From Sphaerodactylus townsendi (taxonomy: Eukaryota), in NCBI RefSeq assembly GCF_021028975.2, contig NC_059425.1, forward strand, positions 96,906,001-96,970,000: a stretch of 64,000 nucleotides of DNA, in the 5' to 3' direction. The notes beneath the pieces are model-generated. The model ran no database searches and was not told where the DNA came from. It saw only the letters and a program-made list of their open reading frames with translations. Positions 19,721-32,800 of the stretch are shown piece after piece. Every line of letters begins with the position of its first letter. The first letter of the stretch is position 1. Both the position numbers and the translations under genes were made by a program.

Positions 19721-22700
19721 CTATTTCTGCATGGTACAATTATATTGGGTTACAATTGGTATCTTACAATCCGGGTCTATTTTAACCTGGTTTCTCCTTT
19801 TGCATGGCTGCCCATTTCTGTGAAGGAATCGAGTGAAGACCAGGAGGAAATACTCCAGTTTGTTTTGCACAAGCCCAGGTCTTTTGTATTTACACCGCAT
19901 GCATATCCACGCATGTGCAAACATCCCCAGTGTCCCGTGTTCTGATTGGCTGTTGTTTGGGGGCAGCAGCGGGGGCAAACAAAGCCTCCCTTTTCCAGTT
20001 CTAGATAGGGCCCAGTGCAGGCCTCAACATGGCAAGAGGCAGCAAAAAACAATGGGGCACAGCATCACGTCACATTCCAACTACGTTCTCACATTTTTGT
20101 GGAAAATGAGAAACTCCCCCCCACCTGTGATATGCACGCTAACATTCGGCCCAAAGTGCACATCTCTCTAGCTAAACGCTCCAAGCAACTAGTACATGTA
20201 CAGAAAAGAAAATGGGGACATTTTTGGACTCCACTCCTGATTAACCCAGGCAAAATGGCACCTGGTCGAAACCATGAGCAGAAAGCATGCTTGGGGAACA
20301 TTTCGGGAAGGGCAGGCTACAATGGCTCAGCAGAGTTGAAAACTGACATGATGTCAGTTGGGGAGATCAGGAGATGGGGTGGGGTGGGCAGGGAGATCAG
20401 GTGGCTGGGCAGGAAAAATAAACTAGTTCTGCTCTCATGGTGTTTGGATAGTAATGGCCTGTGGCGTTTCCCCTTGCCACCCGGCACCCTCAGGCGGGTG
20501 TGCTGTCCCTCCTTCCCTGACCTGGGGGTTGACTTCCCCAGCCAATGTTCCTTCCACTTGGCCCAGAGGGCCAAGAAACAGCCTTGCCCACAGGGCGCCT
20601 AGGTAAGGGTGCGCCACTAACCTTCTCCCCGCACCCTGTCCTCACTGGCAGGGTGACCGTCCGGCAGAGCTTCGGGCTCTCCAGGCTCCCCCTTGCTCTG
20701 TTGCTTCACAGAGCATGGGCCCTTGGCCACCAGGGCTCTCCCCCCTTCCCTGTTGTACCCTCACAGAGGTGGGGTCACTACTGGCAGGTAGGGAGCCATG
20801 GGTCCCCCCAGCCTGTTCCACTGCACAGCTGGGCTGCAACCCCCTGGGTCCTTTCCTCTTTCCCTGCCTCTCTGTACACACTCTCTTTCCCTTCTCCTCC
20901 TCTCCAACTCTCACTCCCATCTCCCTCACACAGTCAACACCCTCCCCCAGCACTCTCTCCCACCCCCTTATATCCTTTTCCACCCCTCATTCCCCTTCCG
21001 CGCCTCAGCTGTTGCCCTGCACGCCCCAGGAACCATGGAAACTTCTTGGCCAAACCAGGATATTTCTCTTGCTCAACTTGGGATATCTGAACTTTCCTGT
21101 GCCTGCTGTGCAGGTCTGTAAAACAGGACAACTTTCTCATGTCTGCCTGAATTTTGAGAATAAATATCCCCTATAAAATTTCTGATAATTTCATCCCAAT
21201 TGGGTGGAAAACTTACAGCCAGAAATTTGTTTCCTATTGAAAGCAGTGGAAACAAATGAAAACTAGAATAAACATAATGGTGTAATAACTATAAGAAAAA
21301 TAGCAAACAGAACATGTTTCCTGCATATCCCTACCATTTGCATGTTGTTTTTCAACACAAAGAGTAGATAGTGCCATTCCAAAAAGAGAATGGGTTTAGA
21401 CATCAGTGGACTTAGAAGGGTGATACTTAGTGGTCTGAAAGAAAGCTCAAGGAATTCCTATTAAAATATGAGAAGATCTAGGCAGTAGTTCAGGTCAGCT
21501 CAATTGTAATCCAGTGTCAATGAAAGGCTTCTAGAAAGAAGCTTTATATGGAACAACTGAATAATCCATATCAAGGTTTCCCCTGTAGGTGTGTGCCAAC
21601 TATAGTTGTGTAGTAGATATTAGATGAGAGTTAGAGATGAATATTGAATATTGATATATATAATATTAGCAAAGTTGTGTCCTTACACTAGAGCAGTCTT
21701 AACAATGGGACAACTGCCCCAGGCCCTACATTGGGGCAGTCCATGGGACCCCCAACTGACCCCAGCTGCCCATGCTGCCAATTGCCATTGTCTCAGTTCC
21801 CCTACTGGCCAGCACTCAGCCATAGAGAGGGTAACCCTGCTCCATGAAGGTGAGGCATGAAAGCAGGAAAGGGGGATGCCTGGGCAGCCAGATATTCCTC
21901 ATGAGCTAGACTGTAGGCAGATGCAGGGTGCCACCACTGACTATGGGATAAGGAGGGCAGCCTGTAAAGCAGCACATCACAGTGTTTAGGGTCTCTGCAC
22001 TAAACACTGCCAGCTGTGAAATTGTTGTGTCAATAATCCTTCTGGCTTGGGTCCAGCACCTGAACACCCAGTGCACCGAGTAAAGCCAAGGGATGGAGAC
22101 TGGGGAGGTACCCTCAATCTCTCACTGTTTGCTATGCCAGCTCAACCTGACAACCATCACTCACCATTTTTAAGACTGTGGAGGGGTGCTACCCTGATTG
22201 CTCCCCCATCACACCCAGTGATTCTGGAACCCCCATCCTTGACATTTGCCCAGAGTCTCAGAATCACTGAGATTTCCCCTGCCCTCACACGGCTAATGTC
22301 AACTCTCTGAAATGGAAACCTGTGTAGAAAAGTGCCTTGGTAGAATGACAAGAGTTAGCCTTCTTTCAGCTATTCCTGCATATGAAAACATGATTTAAGC
22401 TGTAGGAAAGGAAGGCTGAATAGTTCTTGGGTGAGTGTTAAGCATGATACCAACTGCTGCACATTTAGAAAATTGTTTGAGTCTACGATGTGTGTGCACA
22501 TAAAAAAGAACATCACTGAGTGAACCTAAAAGATGTATTTTGTAAAGGGGAAAAATTGCAGCTACAAAGCATTTTACACAAATCAACAGGAAACCTGAAC
22601 CTGATATAATCATTCTGAAAGGGGACAACTGCTTGAATTCTACCTTTTAACTCAGCTGGCCTATTATATCTCTGAACACTGGAGCTCACAATGCCTTTTT

Positions 22701-24514
22701 TCCTTCCAATTTCTGAATTGTCAGACAGGAGACACAGTGCCAGAGGAAAAAAACCTTATACAATCTCTTGTTAGCTAACTGCGGTGTTTTGTTCCACAGT
22801 TACATGTCTGTACAAGCCATCATTGTGTCATTCATAATTACCACCTGTTCAGTGGCTCCCTTCAGGTTTCATCACCTTTGCAGCTATAAGCAGCCAGCTG
22901 CAGGAAGCAGAGTCAACTTCCCTGGAGCAACAACCACCAGGATCTGTGTTTCAGGCTATAATTGCTGCTTGGGTACAAACATCTCCTTTCTGCTCCCAAA
23001 ATATAAAATATCCAAGACTCTTCACTTTTGCTGAATGAAAACACAATTTAGCAAATTTGGTTTCTGCCAGAGCTTTACTAATACCCAAGTGTTCACTGCT
23101 GATATCTGCTTTCATGGCTTCATCTTACCAGTCTATTTTATTACGGCTGGTATTGTGCAGCCAAAGATTAACAATATCACAGTGAGCCATGGCACTGCCT
23201 ATGATATATCAGCCTTGCTGAAGCTAAATCAGTCTGGATCTTGGTACTGCATGGAAGACTGGAGACCTCCTGTATATTCTATATAAACCACTCCGAGTTT
23301 CATGAAGGAAAGAAGGTGGAACATAAGGGTATCCCCACTCTTGTGGATATGATTTGTGATGGTCCAGGCCTAGGCCTTTTCTGCTGCTGTCCAATGGTTA
23401 TGGAACAGCCTCCAGAAGAAGTGAGGCAGACATTTACCCTCAGAACTTTCTGACAAGCCTGTAGGATAAAATTATTTTTAAAAGCACCTGCCTAACTGTT
23501 CAAATTGTCTGTTTTAATGTTGACAATATGCTTTAATCAACTTAATATTAATATTAGGCAGAGAAAGGGTGACTGGCCACAGGCCACTATGTGAGCCTCA
23601 TGGTATACTAGGGATTTTCCCCAGTTCTATCTGAACAACAGAACAGTATAACAAGATTGAAAGAGATCTTGGGGTTGTAGTAAAATGGTTGATGGAAGTA
23701 TGAACTCAGAATACAGCAGCAATTTCCACATGGCAGGTGTGCTAAGAAAAAATCCATATAATTTCAGATCAGGAATTTTGGGGGAAGTTGATTTTCAGGT
23801 AGAACATCAGTGTGTCAGCTTTCAAATCTGTGTATATTATTTACAATGGGGAACAAATGTGACAGTTTAAATCAGCTGACTTTAAAGATAATAGCACCAA
23901 ATAGGCACAGAACCTAGTTGTCCCTCATATTTTAATCCCCCAAGTTTCAAGCGAATTGGATCAGGGGGTCCAATTATACAGGCCCCTGAACAAGGTGGTC
24001 CCAGCCATCCTACTTGCAGAGCCGTGGGCTGGGAGGAAAAAACATGGGAGGGATGAGGAAGTTGATAGACAGAACAGCAGCTATGTCATTATTAACCAAG
24101 GAGGGCATTTCAGGGGTGGCGTTAGGGTGGACCTGCTGCTTTTAAATCAAATGACACTAAAACTGCAGGGGAACTAGTACTGTCTGTCTTCTAAAGACTC
24201 CCCCCAAGTTTCAGGTGAATTGGAACAGTGGTCTCAACTATGGATTCCTGAAGAAGTTGCCAGTGTGGCAGGCCTGGCCTGGCCCCACCCTGGAGCAGCC
24301 AGGCAGGGCCGCCACTGGGCGCTCTTCAGCCCTGCCCTGCCAGGCCCGGCTTTGCCAGGCTGCCCGGGACTGCTGCTGCCTAAGGTAAGTGGGGCACGAG
24401 GGGGCAGGAAGGGCACTTTTTCTCACCACATGGGGTGCTTTCTCCGGGCCTTCTGCAGCCCAGGAAGGTGGAAGGGGGGCAGGGTGGGGGCAGCTCCCAC
24501 CATGAAACTATAGA

Positions 24515-24800
24515 ACATGTCTTAGTCTTCAGGCAGCACGAAAACAATCATGCATTCCACGCTCTGTGGTGCTGCAGTGGTGCAAAAACCTGCTTGAAAA
24601 ACACAGATCCTATGATTTTTGCACTGTTATCCCAAAATCACCACCACATCACAACTCCAGCCATTCACCACATGTCTGAACACAACAATCACACATCCCA
24701 CGCTTCATAGTACCACAGTGGTGCAAAAACCTCTTGGAAAACATGGATCCTCGTGGATCCTCATGATTTTTGCACTAAGTTACCTCAAAATCACCACAGA
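24515..24800. repeat. Interspersed repeat shared with 56766-57567
   Basis: The cagtggtgcaaaaacc..gaaaaca..gatcc..gattttt gcact motifs recur at 56890-56940 and, inverted, at 57240-57440. Confidence 0.6.
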
Positions 24801-25307
24801 ACAATGCCAGCTGAGCTAGGGATGGGGGGAGGGAGGCAAGGGTTGGGTAGTTTAACTACATTCATTAGATGTTAGCCAGATTTGATGGTAAAATCAAGTT
24901 TGGGTGTGGATAAACAGCATCAGTCTAATCAAAACAAATAATAACTAACAACATACCACCTAACAAGAGAGGTAATAATATGGAATAAGTTAAGATAAAT
25001 AAAAATAAAGTAAAACAAAGGAAAGTTAAAAAAATTAATTCACACTAAGGAAGAAGTCAAATTAAAATGAGAATATTCTGGTTGAAAAAGCAAGGATTAC
25101 TAACAAAAAGAAAATCCCTGTGTTGTGCCTAGAAAATGGGCTAAAGCGTAGAAATCCACACATAGTGAGGGGGAGCAGCAAAAAGGTCAAAGATGGGCCC
25201 TGTCTAAGATATGTATCTGGTAAAGATGTTACCAAATATGTCTGTATTTTTAAAAATATTACTGTTGCATTGCCTCCAATAAAATAAATGTTACTTCCAA
25301 GTAGACC

Positions 25308-25516
25308 AGTTGCTAATGTCCAGGTGGGACCTGGTGATCTCTTCGAATTACAGCTGATGTTCAGACCACAAAGATCAGTTCCCCTGAAGAAAACAGCTAC
25401 TTTGAAGGGTGAATTCTATGGTATTCTACCCCACTGATGTCCTTCCCAAACCTCATACTCCTCAGGCTCCTTCTCCAAATCTCCAGGAATTTCAGAACCT
25501 GGAGTTGCAACACTAT
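25308..25516. repeat. Non-autonomous interspersed repeat with gttgc..gcaac ends (second copy at ~59670-59845)
   Basis: The two loci share gaattaca, tatgg.att and cccaaacc..ctcc motifs. Confidence 0.5.
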
Positions 25517-27379
25517 TAGTATAGCTTCCTGAAATTCATCCTACAGATGGAAAATACAATGAAGACCTGAAATCAGTGCTATCCTGATGTTAGCCTACAA
25601 TCAGTTTCATCTACAACCAGCAGGTAGGCAAAGCATACTTTGCCAATGGGTTGAAACAGTCCAAGATTACCAAGACAGAGCACAATAGTAGAGGCTTCCT
25701 CTATCACCATTGTTTGAACAAAAGAACTGATAATGATTATTGCACAAAAAACATTACAGATCATCAATAATGTCAGTTTTGGTGATAACTGGTGGTTCTC
25801 ACACCAGAGCTATGGCACATCTAGAATCCCAGATTAGCTGTATTTCTCATCCTAATGAATTTGTTCTGTGACAGTGTCCTGAGGCCCCAGAAAAGATCAG
25901 AGGTGTTAAGTATCATGAAGAGGAGGACATACAGGAGGTATATCAACAACTGCCAGTACAAGTGCATTCTCTGTTTTGGCCCCTGTCTCACAGAACAGGT
26001 TGTCTGATGAGGTTAGGAAGGCTCCCACTCTCCTGGCTTTCTGCAAACTATGCAAAACTGAATTATTCAGGAAGGTCTTTTTACACAGGTAAGAGTGCTG
26101 TGCTGTAAGGAAATGGTTCAGAAAGATGCTTTGGTAAAGGGATAGGGTCAATAGATTGTACCCTGTGTACTATCTGTTGCTGTAAGTGGGTCCTACTATA
26201 TAATTTCTGCATTATTTAACATGTCATGTTTAAATGCTTATAATTTGTTTCGGCACTGTTTCAGTTCTGCATGAGATTTCTGTTTATTTTCCAATGCTTG
26301 CAATCCAAATGCTGTGCCATTGCTTCTTGGATGTCCCATGTAATTCATCATATTAACTTACAGCATGCAATGTGCCTTGAATCTCAGTCAGGAAAATAGT
26401 CTACAAATAAAGTAAATAAATAAATAACCAACAGGACGTTTAGTTTATTCACAGAGGTACATCATGAATAAACCTTGAACTGAACTGGCTGCTAGCAAGA
26501 ACCAAACTGAGCTGGAAAGTGAAACTGTACTTGATAAGAGGTAGGATTCTAGCACATCCTAGTGTGGCAAGCAGAGAGGGCCAATTTACTACAGGGAGTT
26601 TTGTTTATTTGGAAACTGTATACAAAGAAAATCCAAATGAGTTTCTCAGCCAGCATTTCACCCTAAACTAAATAAATCTCTTTAGCAGCAAGCCATTTAT
26701 TTCTTCAGTGCTCCATATTTCTTGTGCAGGTCTGAATAACCCAAAGCACATGTGGGGAAACCCCAGAATTGGAGTCACATGCCATCTTGCAGAGTTATTA
26801 TAACATTAGTCCTTTCATTGCTAACTCAGGGCCATATCTGGATAAAATGAAGTTTTAATCTTAGCACAATTAACCTCCATATTTTGTTAAAATGCAAGGA
26901 CTAGCTAGTGTCAGACCCAGTTGCTGAATTTAAGTGGGGGAAATGCCATTGGAATGAAATATCTGGATCAGAATGTGTGTCTATTGGCCTTCTCCGCATG
27001 TTCCAGAGTGAGATCCAAGCTTTCCGCATCTGAAAATTGTGCATTCAGCCACTGAATATGGATTGTGTTTAGGAGAGCTGTGTAACATGTTGACAACCTA
27101 CTCTGCATAAATATGGATTATTCTTTTTAACAACAGCCTCACCAAAGTGGAATGAAAACTTTTTGTTCTGTTATTATCTTTTTCAATGCCTACGCAAACT
27201 GTAATAGACTTTCTATAAAAGAAAGAGATGTAATGGCTTAACTGGCAATTTGAGATAAAGGGCCTCAGAACTAGGAACTCTGTTCTTAAACTATATATCT
27301 GTCTCTACCTTACCTTTTCACCAATTATTACCTTTTAGCTCCCAAATTGCCTGCCTTGCTCTATAAGCTGGAAAGCAGG

Positions 27380-28740
27380 CAGCAAGGCACTAGGAATGTT
27401 TGGATGACAAAGGTACAAAAGAAGCACAGAAGGAAGACCAGGATAGAGAATTTGAATGAATTATTTGATTCAGTGTCCACAGCAAAAAGATGTTGCAATT
27501 ATCTGAATAAAAAAAGGCAGCACATCTGCAGAACTATATATACTAGAGATGACAAAGGATGAAGTTTTGGATGTCTCTGACAAAGTAAAAAGTGATGTCA
27601 TTAAAGCTCCATGGCATTCTCCCAAAACACTAACTCACTAATGAACTACTATATGCAGCTTGTCACGAAAACTATCCTCTTTCCTAGTAAAATAGTACAC
27701 AGTAACCAGTGTAATACCATTTTAAAAAGTTATGGGGGAGGGACTGGTCCAAGAAATTCTGTATCAAGTGCATAACATTGTACAGAATATTATAATTAAG
27801 CATACAATAGAACAAGCCTTTCTGGCAACTGGTCAGCTTGGATTTTATCATGGGAAGTCTTGCTTCAAATAATGATTAGAATTCTTTGAGGCTTTCAAAA
27901 ATATGTAGCTAAACATGGACAGTGTGCACTGCAATTTTAAAAAGTTTGGCAGAAGCATTTGGGCGCATTCATGCAGTAAGGAACCATTTTGGGGTTCCTA
28001 ATCGTAGGGAGAGAGTTTGTACACAGGAATTCTTTATGCATATGTTAAAAAGTGTGCACATAGACTGTGAATAGAGCTTACTACCATGATACTGCTCTCT
28101 TTCTGAATATTAAGTTATGCTGAATATCTAAAAGGGGCTAAAGTCCACCACAAAGGTTTCTGTTAAAAGCCTTGGTAGTGGATAGATAAGTGCCATTCCT
28201 CCTATGGACTTGTAACAGATACAAAGATAGCATTATATTGACCATTTATCCACAACAGAAGAAATTAATACCCACCTTCTCCAATATCACTGGTGGATTT
28301 ATAAACCATCCTTTGGTTTATATCCTGAAATATGCTTTGACTGACTTACGACATGGGAGGTGTTTATAAAATTAGGAAGTCTCTGTCACAATGCCAGTGA
28401 TAGAGATTGCTCAATTAAACTGCTTGGGAGCATGTTCATGACAGACAAAAAAGAAGTACTTTGCGCCAGGTAATTTGCTGAATTTTTAACCACGAACATG
28501 ATGATGGCCACTTGCTTAGAAGGCTTTGAAAATTAGATTGACACAAGGGGGATAAGCCTATCAGCAGCTTGCTGATGTTGGTGAATTAGCAAACTGTGGC
28601 GGATCTCCTTGTTCCACTGTAATGTATCTCTGACTGTCAGATGACTAGAGATGTATACATCATGCCTTAAGTGTGACCTTTCTAGAAGCTTCTGCATGAA
28701 GGTGTCTGAATAAGTGCCACCACTTTGGTCTGATGAAGTA
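27380..28740 (+). mobile_element. Highly decayed CR1 LINE (RT region to 3' end)
   Basis: Remnants include gtaataccattttaaaaag (V.PIFKK), ggattttatcatgggaagtcttgc..gaattctttgag (GF..GKSC...EFFE) and the 3' motif gacagacaaaaaagaagtact...gatggccac..gctttgaaaa. Confidence 0.6.
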
Positions 28741-29489
28741 TGGTAACTGTTCTCAATTCGAACAATTTCAGATAACTAAATCAAGACACTTAATTCTTTT
28801 CAATGTCAAGGTTTCTACTTTTAGCTAACTTCAAATGCTCTTTCTACATTACTCAATTCTCATCAGTGATTTTTGTTTTTCTATCAGAATTAGAAGAATG
28901 TTATTTATCTCTGTTATCCAGTTTTGTACTCTCCTGTAATGTTGGTATGAAACCTATCAGTTCTCCTTGACTGCTGAATTTCTATCTCTTCTTCCCCCAT
29001 TTATATAAAAGCTGACTTGCTTTTTTAAGAACAGCTAAAACACTCTTTGTTGTGTTAGCTGAGCTGTACAACAAGGTTTTTTTAAAAAAAATTGTCTAGT
29101 GTATTGCTCTCTTGCATGCTCTTCATTCTTGCTTACTGTGAAATAAATAAAAGGCAGGGTTTTGCAATTCATAACCTTGAAGTTGTTTGAGGAGTTTCAC
29201 TTCAAGGGATCAGTAATGGAGCATTTGCAAATAGCTCATAGTGAAGGAGGCAAGAGTCAGGAAAAAGAAAGGGGAGTAAAAAGTGTAATTTTCGTTAAAG
29301 TCTTAATGATGGTACTGAATAATTTATTCACTTTGTGTCCTGTGGAAGAAATATAGGGCACTGACCATTAAGCCTTATATAGCATGTGTTGATTACACAA
29401 AGTATGACCAGTTCTTCAAATGATGCATGAAATTTAGGGAAGCTCAAACACCAGCCAGTTGGGCTCATGATCTGTTCACCAATCACAAA

Positions 29490-29944
29490 GGCCGTTTCCG
29501 CATGGCGGCGGAAGCTTGGCGGGGATTTAACATTGTGGCGCCGACCTGAAGGCAGCTGGGACCGTCATGGGCCGGTCAGCTAACTGGGCAGCGGTATGAC
29601 CGGCAACCGACAACCTGTCCGGGCCTCGGCGTCGCCGGGCCTGGGGATGCGCCCCCCCCCCTGGCCCTGCTGGCGCTGAAGGCGTGCAGGGCCGAAGCAT
29701 CCCCAAGCACCGGTGACGCGAAACGCTGAAACAATGCCAGGTAGAGGAGGCGGCATGAAGCGCTGCCGTTATTTCGGCAGCGGCTTCATGCAGCGGGCCT
29801 AAAGCTGGGAAGCGTCTGGGGCTTTGCCGCTGTCAGGCGGCAGGCGGCCGGAAGCGGCAGCGGCTGCGTTACTGTCACCGAATGGCGGCCTGGAGGCGGT
29901 GTTTTACCGTCTCCAGGCATATATTCCCGATGCAGAAAGCGGCC
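29490..29944. mobile_element. GC-rich MITE, PIF/Harbinger-like
   Basis: Termini are ggccgtttccgcat / atgcagaaagcggcc, flanked by aaa on both sides, with internal hairpins. Confidence 0.6.
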
Positions 29945-30197
29945 AAATAAAACTAATTTATCATTGTTTGGCTGCTGGTGGACCATTCAAACCAGTTTGT
30001 TGGGCTGCTTTTCACATATTCATATGGAACAGTGTGGTTCAGAGAAATTGGCAATGTTTCAGACATGTACATCCTCACACAGCCTGATAGGAGTTGAATT
30101 TTCCCCTGCCCTGCTGACCTGTTGTCACTGCACATGCTCATCAGCCAATCATATAAATAAACAGTTAGCAAATCAGTCAGCCAGCAATAGAGTCTTA

Positions 30198-30688
30198 GGC
30201 AGTTTCCGCCTGAGTGGCACAGGTCGGCGTACTGAATTAGAGCGTTCACATGAACTGATCCCAGAAAGAGGCGGATGCGGCCCATGAAGCGGCGTAACTG
30301 ATCGGCATGTCGGGCCTCCGGCCGTCACGAAGGCCTGAGGACACACCCCCAGCCCACAATGGCCTGCTCCTGTATGCGTCACAGGGCGGGGAAACGTGTC
30401 CCAGGCCACCGACAGCAGCGAGCCGAAGGACAAAGGTAAGTGCAAGGGAGGAGTGGAGGTGCCTTGGAAGCTGCTGCCCGTTAAGCACAGCGGCGGCTTC
30501 AAGCGGCGTTTCCACAAAGTCGCGCTTCCCAAAGCGCTTTCGGAAACACTTGACTTCGCTGATCGGTCGGGTGGCCTTGTGGCGGCTTGTCTGCGATACA
30601 GCTTCGCATACTGTCGGCGAACAACAACCTGGGGATAGCATTTTACGTCCCCAGGCCTCTATGATGTCTGCCCGCGTCTTGAGCGGCC
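30198..30688. mobile_element. GC-rich MITE, PIF/Harbinger-like, TTA TSD
   Basis: tta|ggcagtttccgc ... gcggcc|tta. A 3-bp TTA duplication is typical of Harbinger. Confidence 0.6.
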
Positions 30689-30908
30689 TTACTGTTTAGC
30701 ATGGCTGGCTATCAAACATTTTCACTGCAAAGTTTGTAGCATAGTTATTCCCACTCAGACCCTTCTCACATTTCACTTCTTCTTAGAGTAGACCAGGTCC
30801 TCTAATGCACTGCCACAACTGAAACTTCCATGTTTGTTTGTAAACAAAATGTGAACTGATTTGCAGTGGACTGGCGGCATATATGTGTTGTGCTTGGGCA
30901 TTTATAAG

Positions 30909-30966
30909 AAGTACTAATAAAGCAATAAAGTACTAATAAGCAATAAAGTACTAATAAGCAATAAAG
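30909..30966. repeat. ~18-bp tandem repeat x3
   Basis: Unit aagtactaataagcaata. Confidence 0.9.
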
Positions 30967-31133
30967 CCCATTGCACGGGGGAAATGCAGAAAAGTGGAAG
31001 GGGGCAAAAAAACATTTTCCCCAATAATGGGCTTTACAGCTACTTTACCTTCCCCTTCCCTCTGCTGGCCACTTCCTATCTGTTGATGATACCAGGACAC
31101 CGCTATTGGTAAGTCCCAGGACACCATTGTTGT

Positions 31134-31295
31134 CACACAGTGTGTAACAAACTTCTCTCTGTGATACACCTCTGAGGATGCCAGCCACAGATGCAGGCAA
31201 AACATTAGTAACAAGATCTACCAGACCACAGCCACACAACCCGGAAAACCCACCACAACCAGTTGAATCCAGCCGTGAAAGCCTTCGACAATACA
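31134..31295 (+). mobile_element. Penelope-like pseudo-LTR fragment with degenerate hammerhead
   Basis: cctCTGAGGAtgccagccacagatgcaggcAAAACattag...gtgaaagccttcgacaataca. Shared with the copies at 12253, 42585 and 54196. Confidence 0.75.
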
Positions 31296-31720
31296 AAGTC
31301 CTAAATTGTTTGGGACCAACACAACAGAAGGGCTCCCTGTTTCTTTATAAACCTACCAACCACTGCATTTATCTTTGGTCGCTCCACCTCAGGTGTCCCT
31401 TCTTCAAAGGCTGAGTGCGCTTTCTAAGTAGTGGCTCCAAAACTTTGGAATTTTCTCCTGAGAGAGATTCACCTCTCCCCTTCTGTTACCATAATGTGCC
31501 ATTGGGTGGATACTTCCTTGTTTTACTGGGTGTTGTCTAAGGGAGTCTTGCTTTCTCCTCATTGTTACTTTTATCTTTTGTATTTATGCAAAACTCTGTT
31601 TTTAAATTGTTTTAAGTATGTGTTTGTATGTGGTTTTAATGGCTTTTAAGACGTGGTGTTAATTTTCGAGCTTGGAAGGAAAGGGGCAGCCTAGTAAATC
31701 TAAATAAATAGATAAATAAA
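31296..31720 (+). mobile_element. L2 LINE 3' fragment
   Basis: gtggctccaaaactttggaattttctcc (VAPKLWN.L) followed by a T-rich UTR and a taaa tail. Confidence 0.55.
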
Positions 31721-31922
31721 ATTTGTTGGCCTGCATAGTGGTCCTTGTAAGGATAGAAAGGCAGGGTAAAAATCTTTCTAAATAAAAATAATTGAAATGA
31801 CCAGAAGAGAGATGCTTGTCCTCATTTCACCTATTCCTGGATGCAAGAGCTGAAATTTGAAAGCCAGGAAATACAGCATCCAACTTAAAACTGTTAGGGG
31901 TGTGTATATTAAAAACTCACTG

Positions 31923-31966
<44 letters not shown>
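31923..31966. repeat. (TG)n/(TGCG)n microsatellite
   Basis: Directly visible. Confidence 0.95.
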
Positions 31967-32429
31967 TGGGGGGAAGGTGGAAAATGCAAATATAGATTGA
32001 CCTAGTAATGAAAACCCTTCTTATTAAACCGTGCTTTATCTTGGAGCAGCCTTTCTTTTCGGAACACATCCAAGCAGAGATAAAGGCATCTTACCCCACT
32101 CATTAAACTGTGTATGGGTTGATGCAATCAGACTCCTGTCATTTGCATATGATCAGCTTAATCTAGTTCATCTATTCTCATACCTATTGCTAATCATGCT
32201 TCCCGACTCCTATTCCCTCCCAGCTCTCTCTTGCTTTCTCTGTGCCAACCTTTTGTTGCATGTAGATTAACAAATAGTTATAAGGATATCAACATCTTTC
32301 TGAGTGTGTACTTTGGACGTCCCATGCCTTGTTGATTATACCTTAGTTGGCATTCCACATGTTCTCAGTGCTTATGCCACAGCCTAAATGGTGACTCAGA
32401 TGTTCTTGGTTGTGTTTAATTTTGCTGGT

Positions 32430-32800
32430 TTAGTAGATGGCAATTTCCCGACTCAGACAATAACTCACTTGATGGGATCAAGGATTTTATTGAAGACAGG
32501 AGAAAGACAGGAGAAGACAGTTCTGGCAAAAAGGCGCCAAAGCAGTTGATAATATGTTGCAGCAAGTCTCCACCCCCACATGTGAACCAAGTCAGTTAGG
32601 AAAAGTCCAGCCTGAAGGCCGTCCCAGCCGAGAGCTCCAAGGCCAGGGAAACAGATAAAGCAGCACCTGCAAATGCTAAAGCACTCCCCAGCAATCCCCC
32701 TCCCAACAATGGCATCCTGATAGTAGACTGCAAATGGGGAGAGAGGAAGATAGACTGTTCTAAACACATGCCAAGTGTCTTGTCAGCATTGCAACTAACA
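32430..32800 (-). mobile_element. Possible solo LTR
   Basis: Ends in ..gcaactaaca and carries a minus-strand AATAAA at ~32486. Boundaries and TSD are not confirmed. Confidence 0.3.

Noticed and set aside
20015-21176. Long overlapping ORFs (195, 181 and 153 aa)
   Set aside because: GC-rich, low-complexity, repeat-like sequence that is open in several frames, with no recognisable domain.
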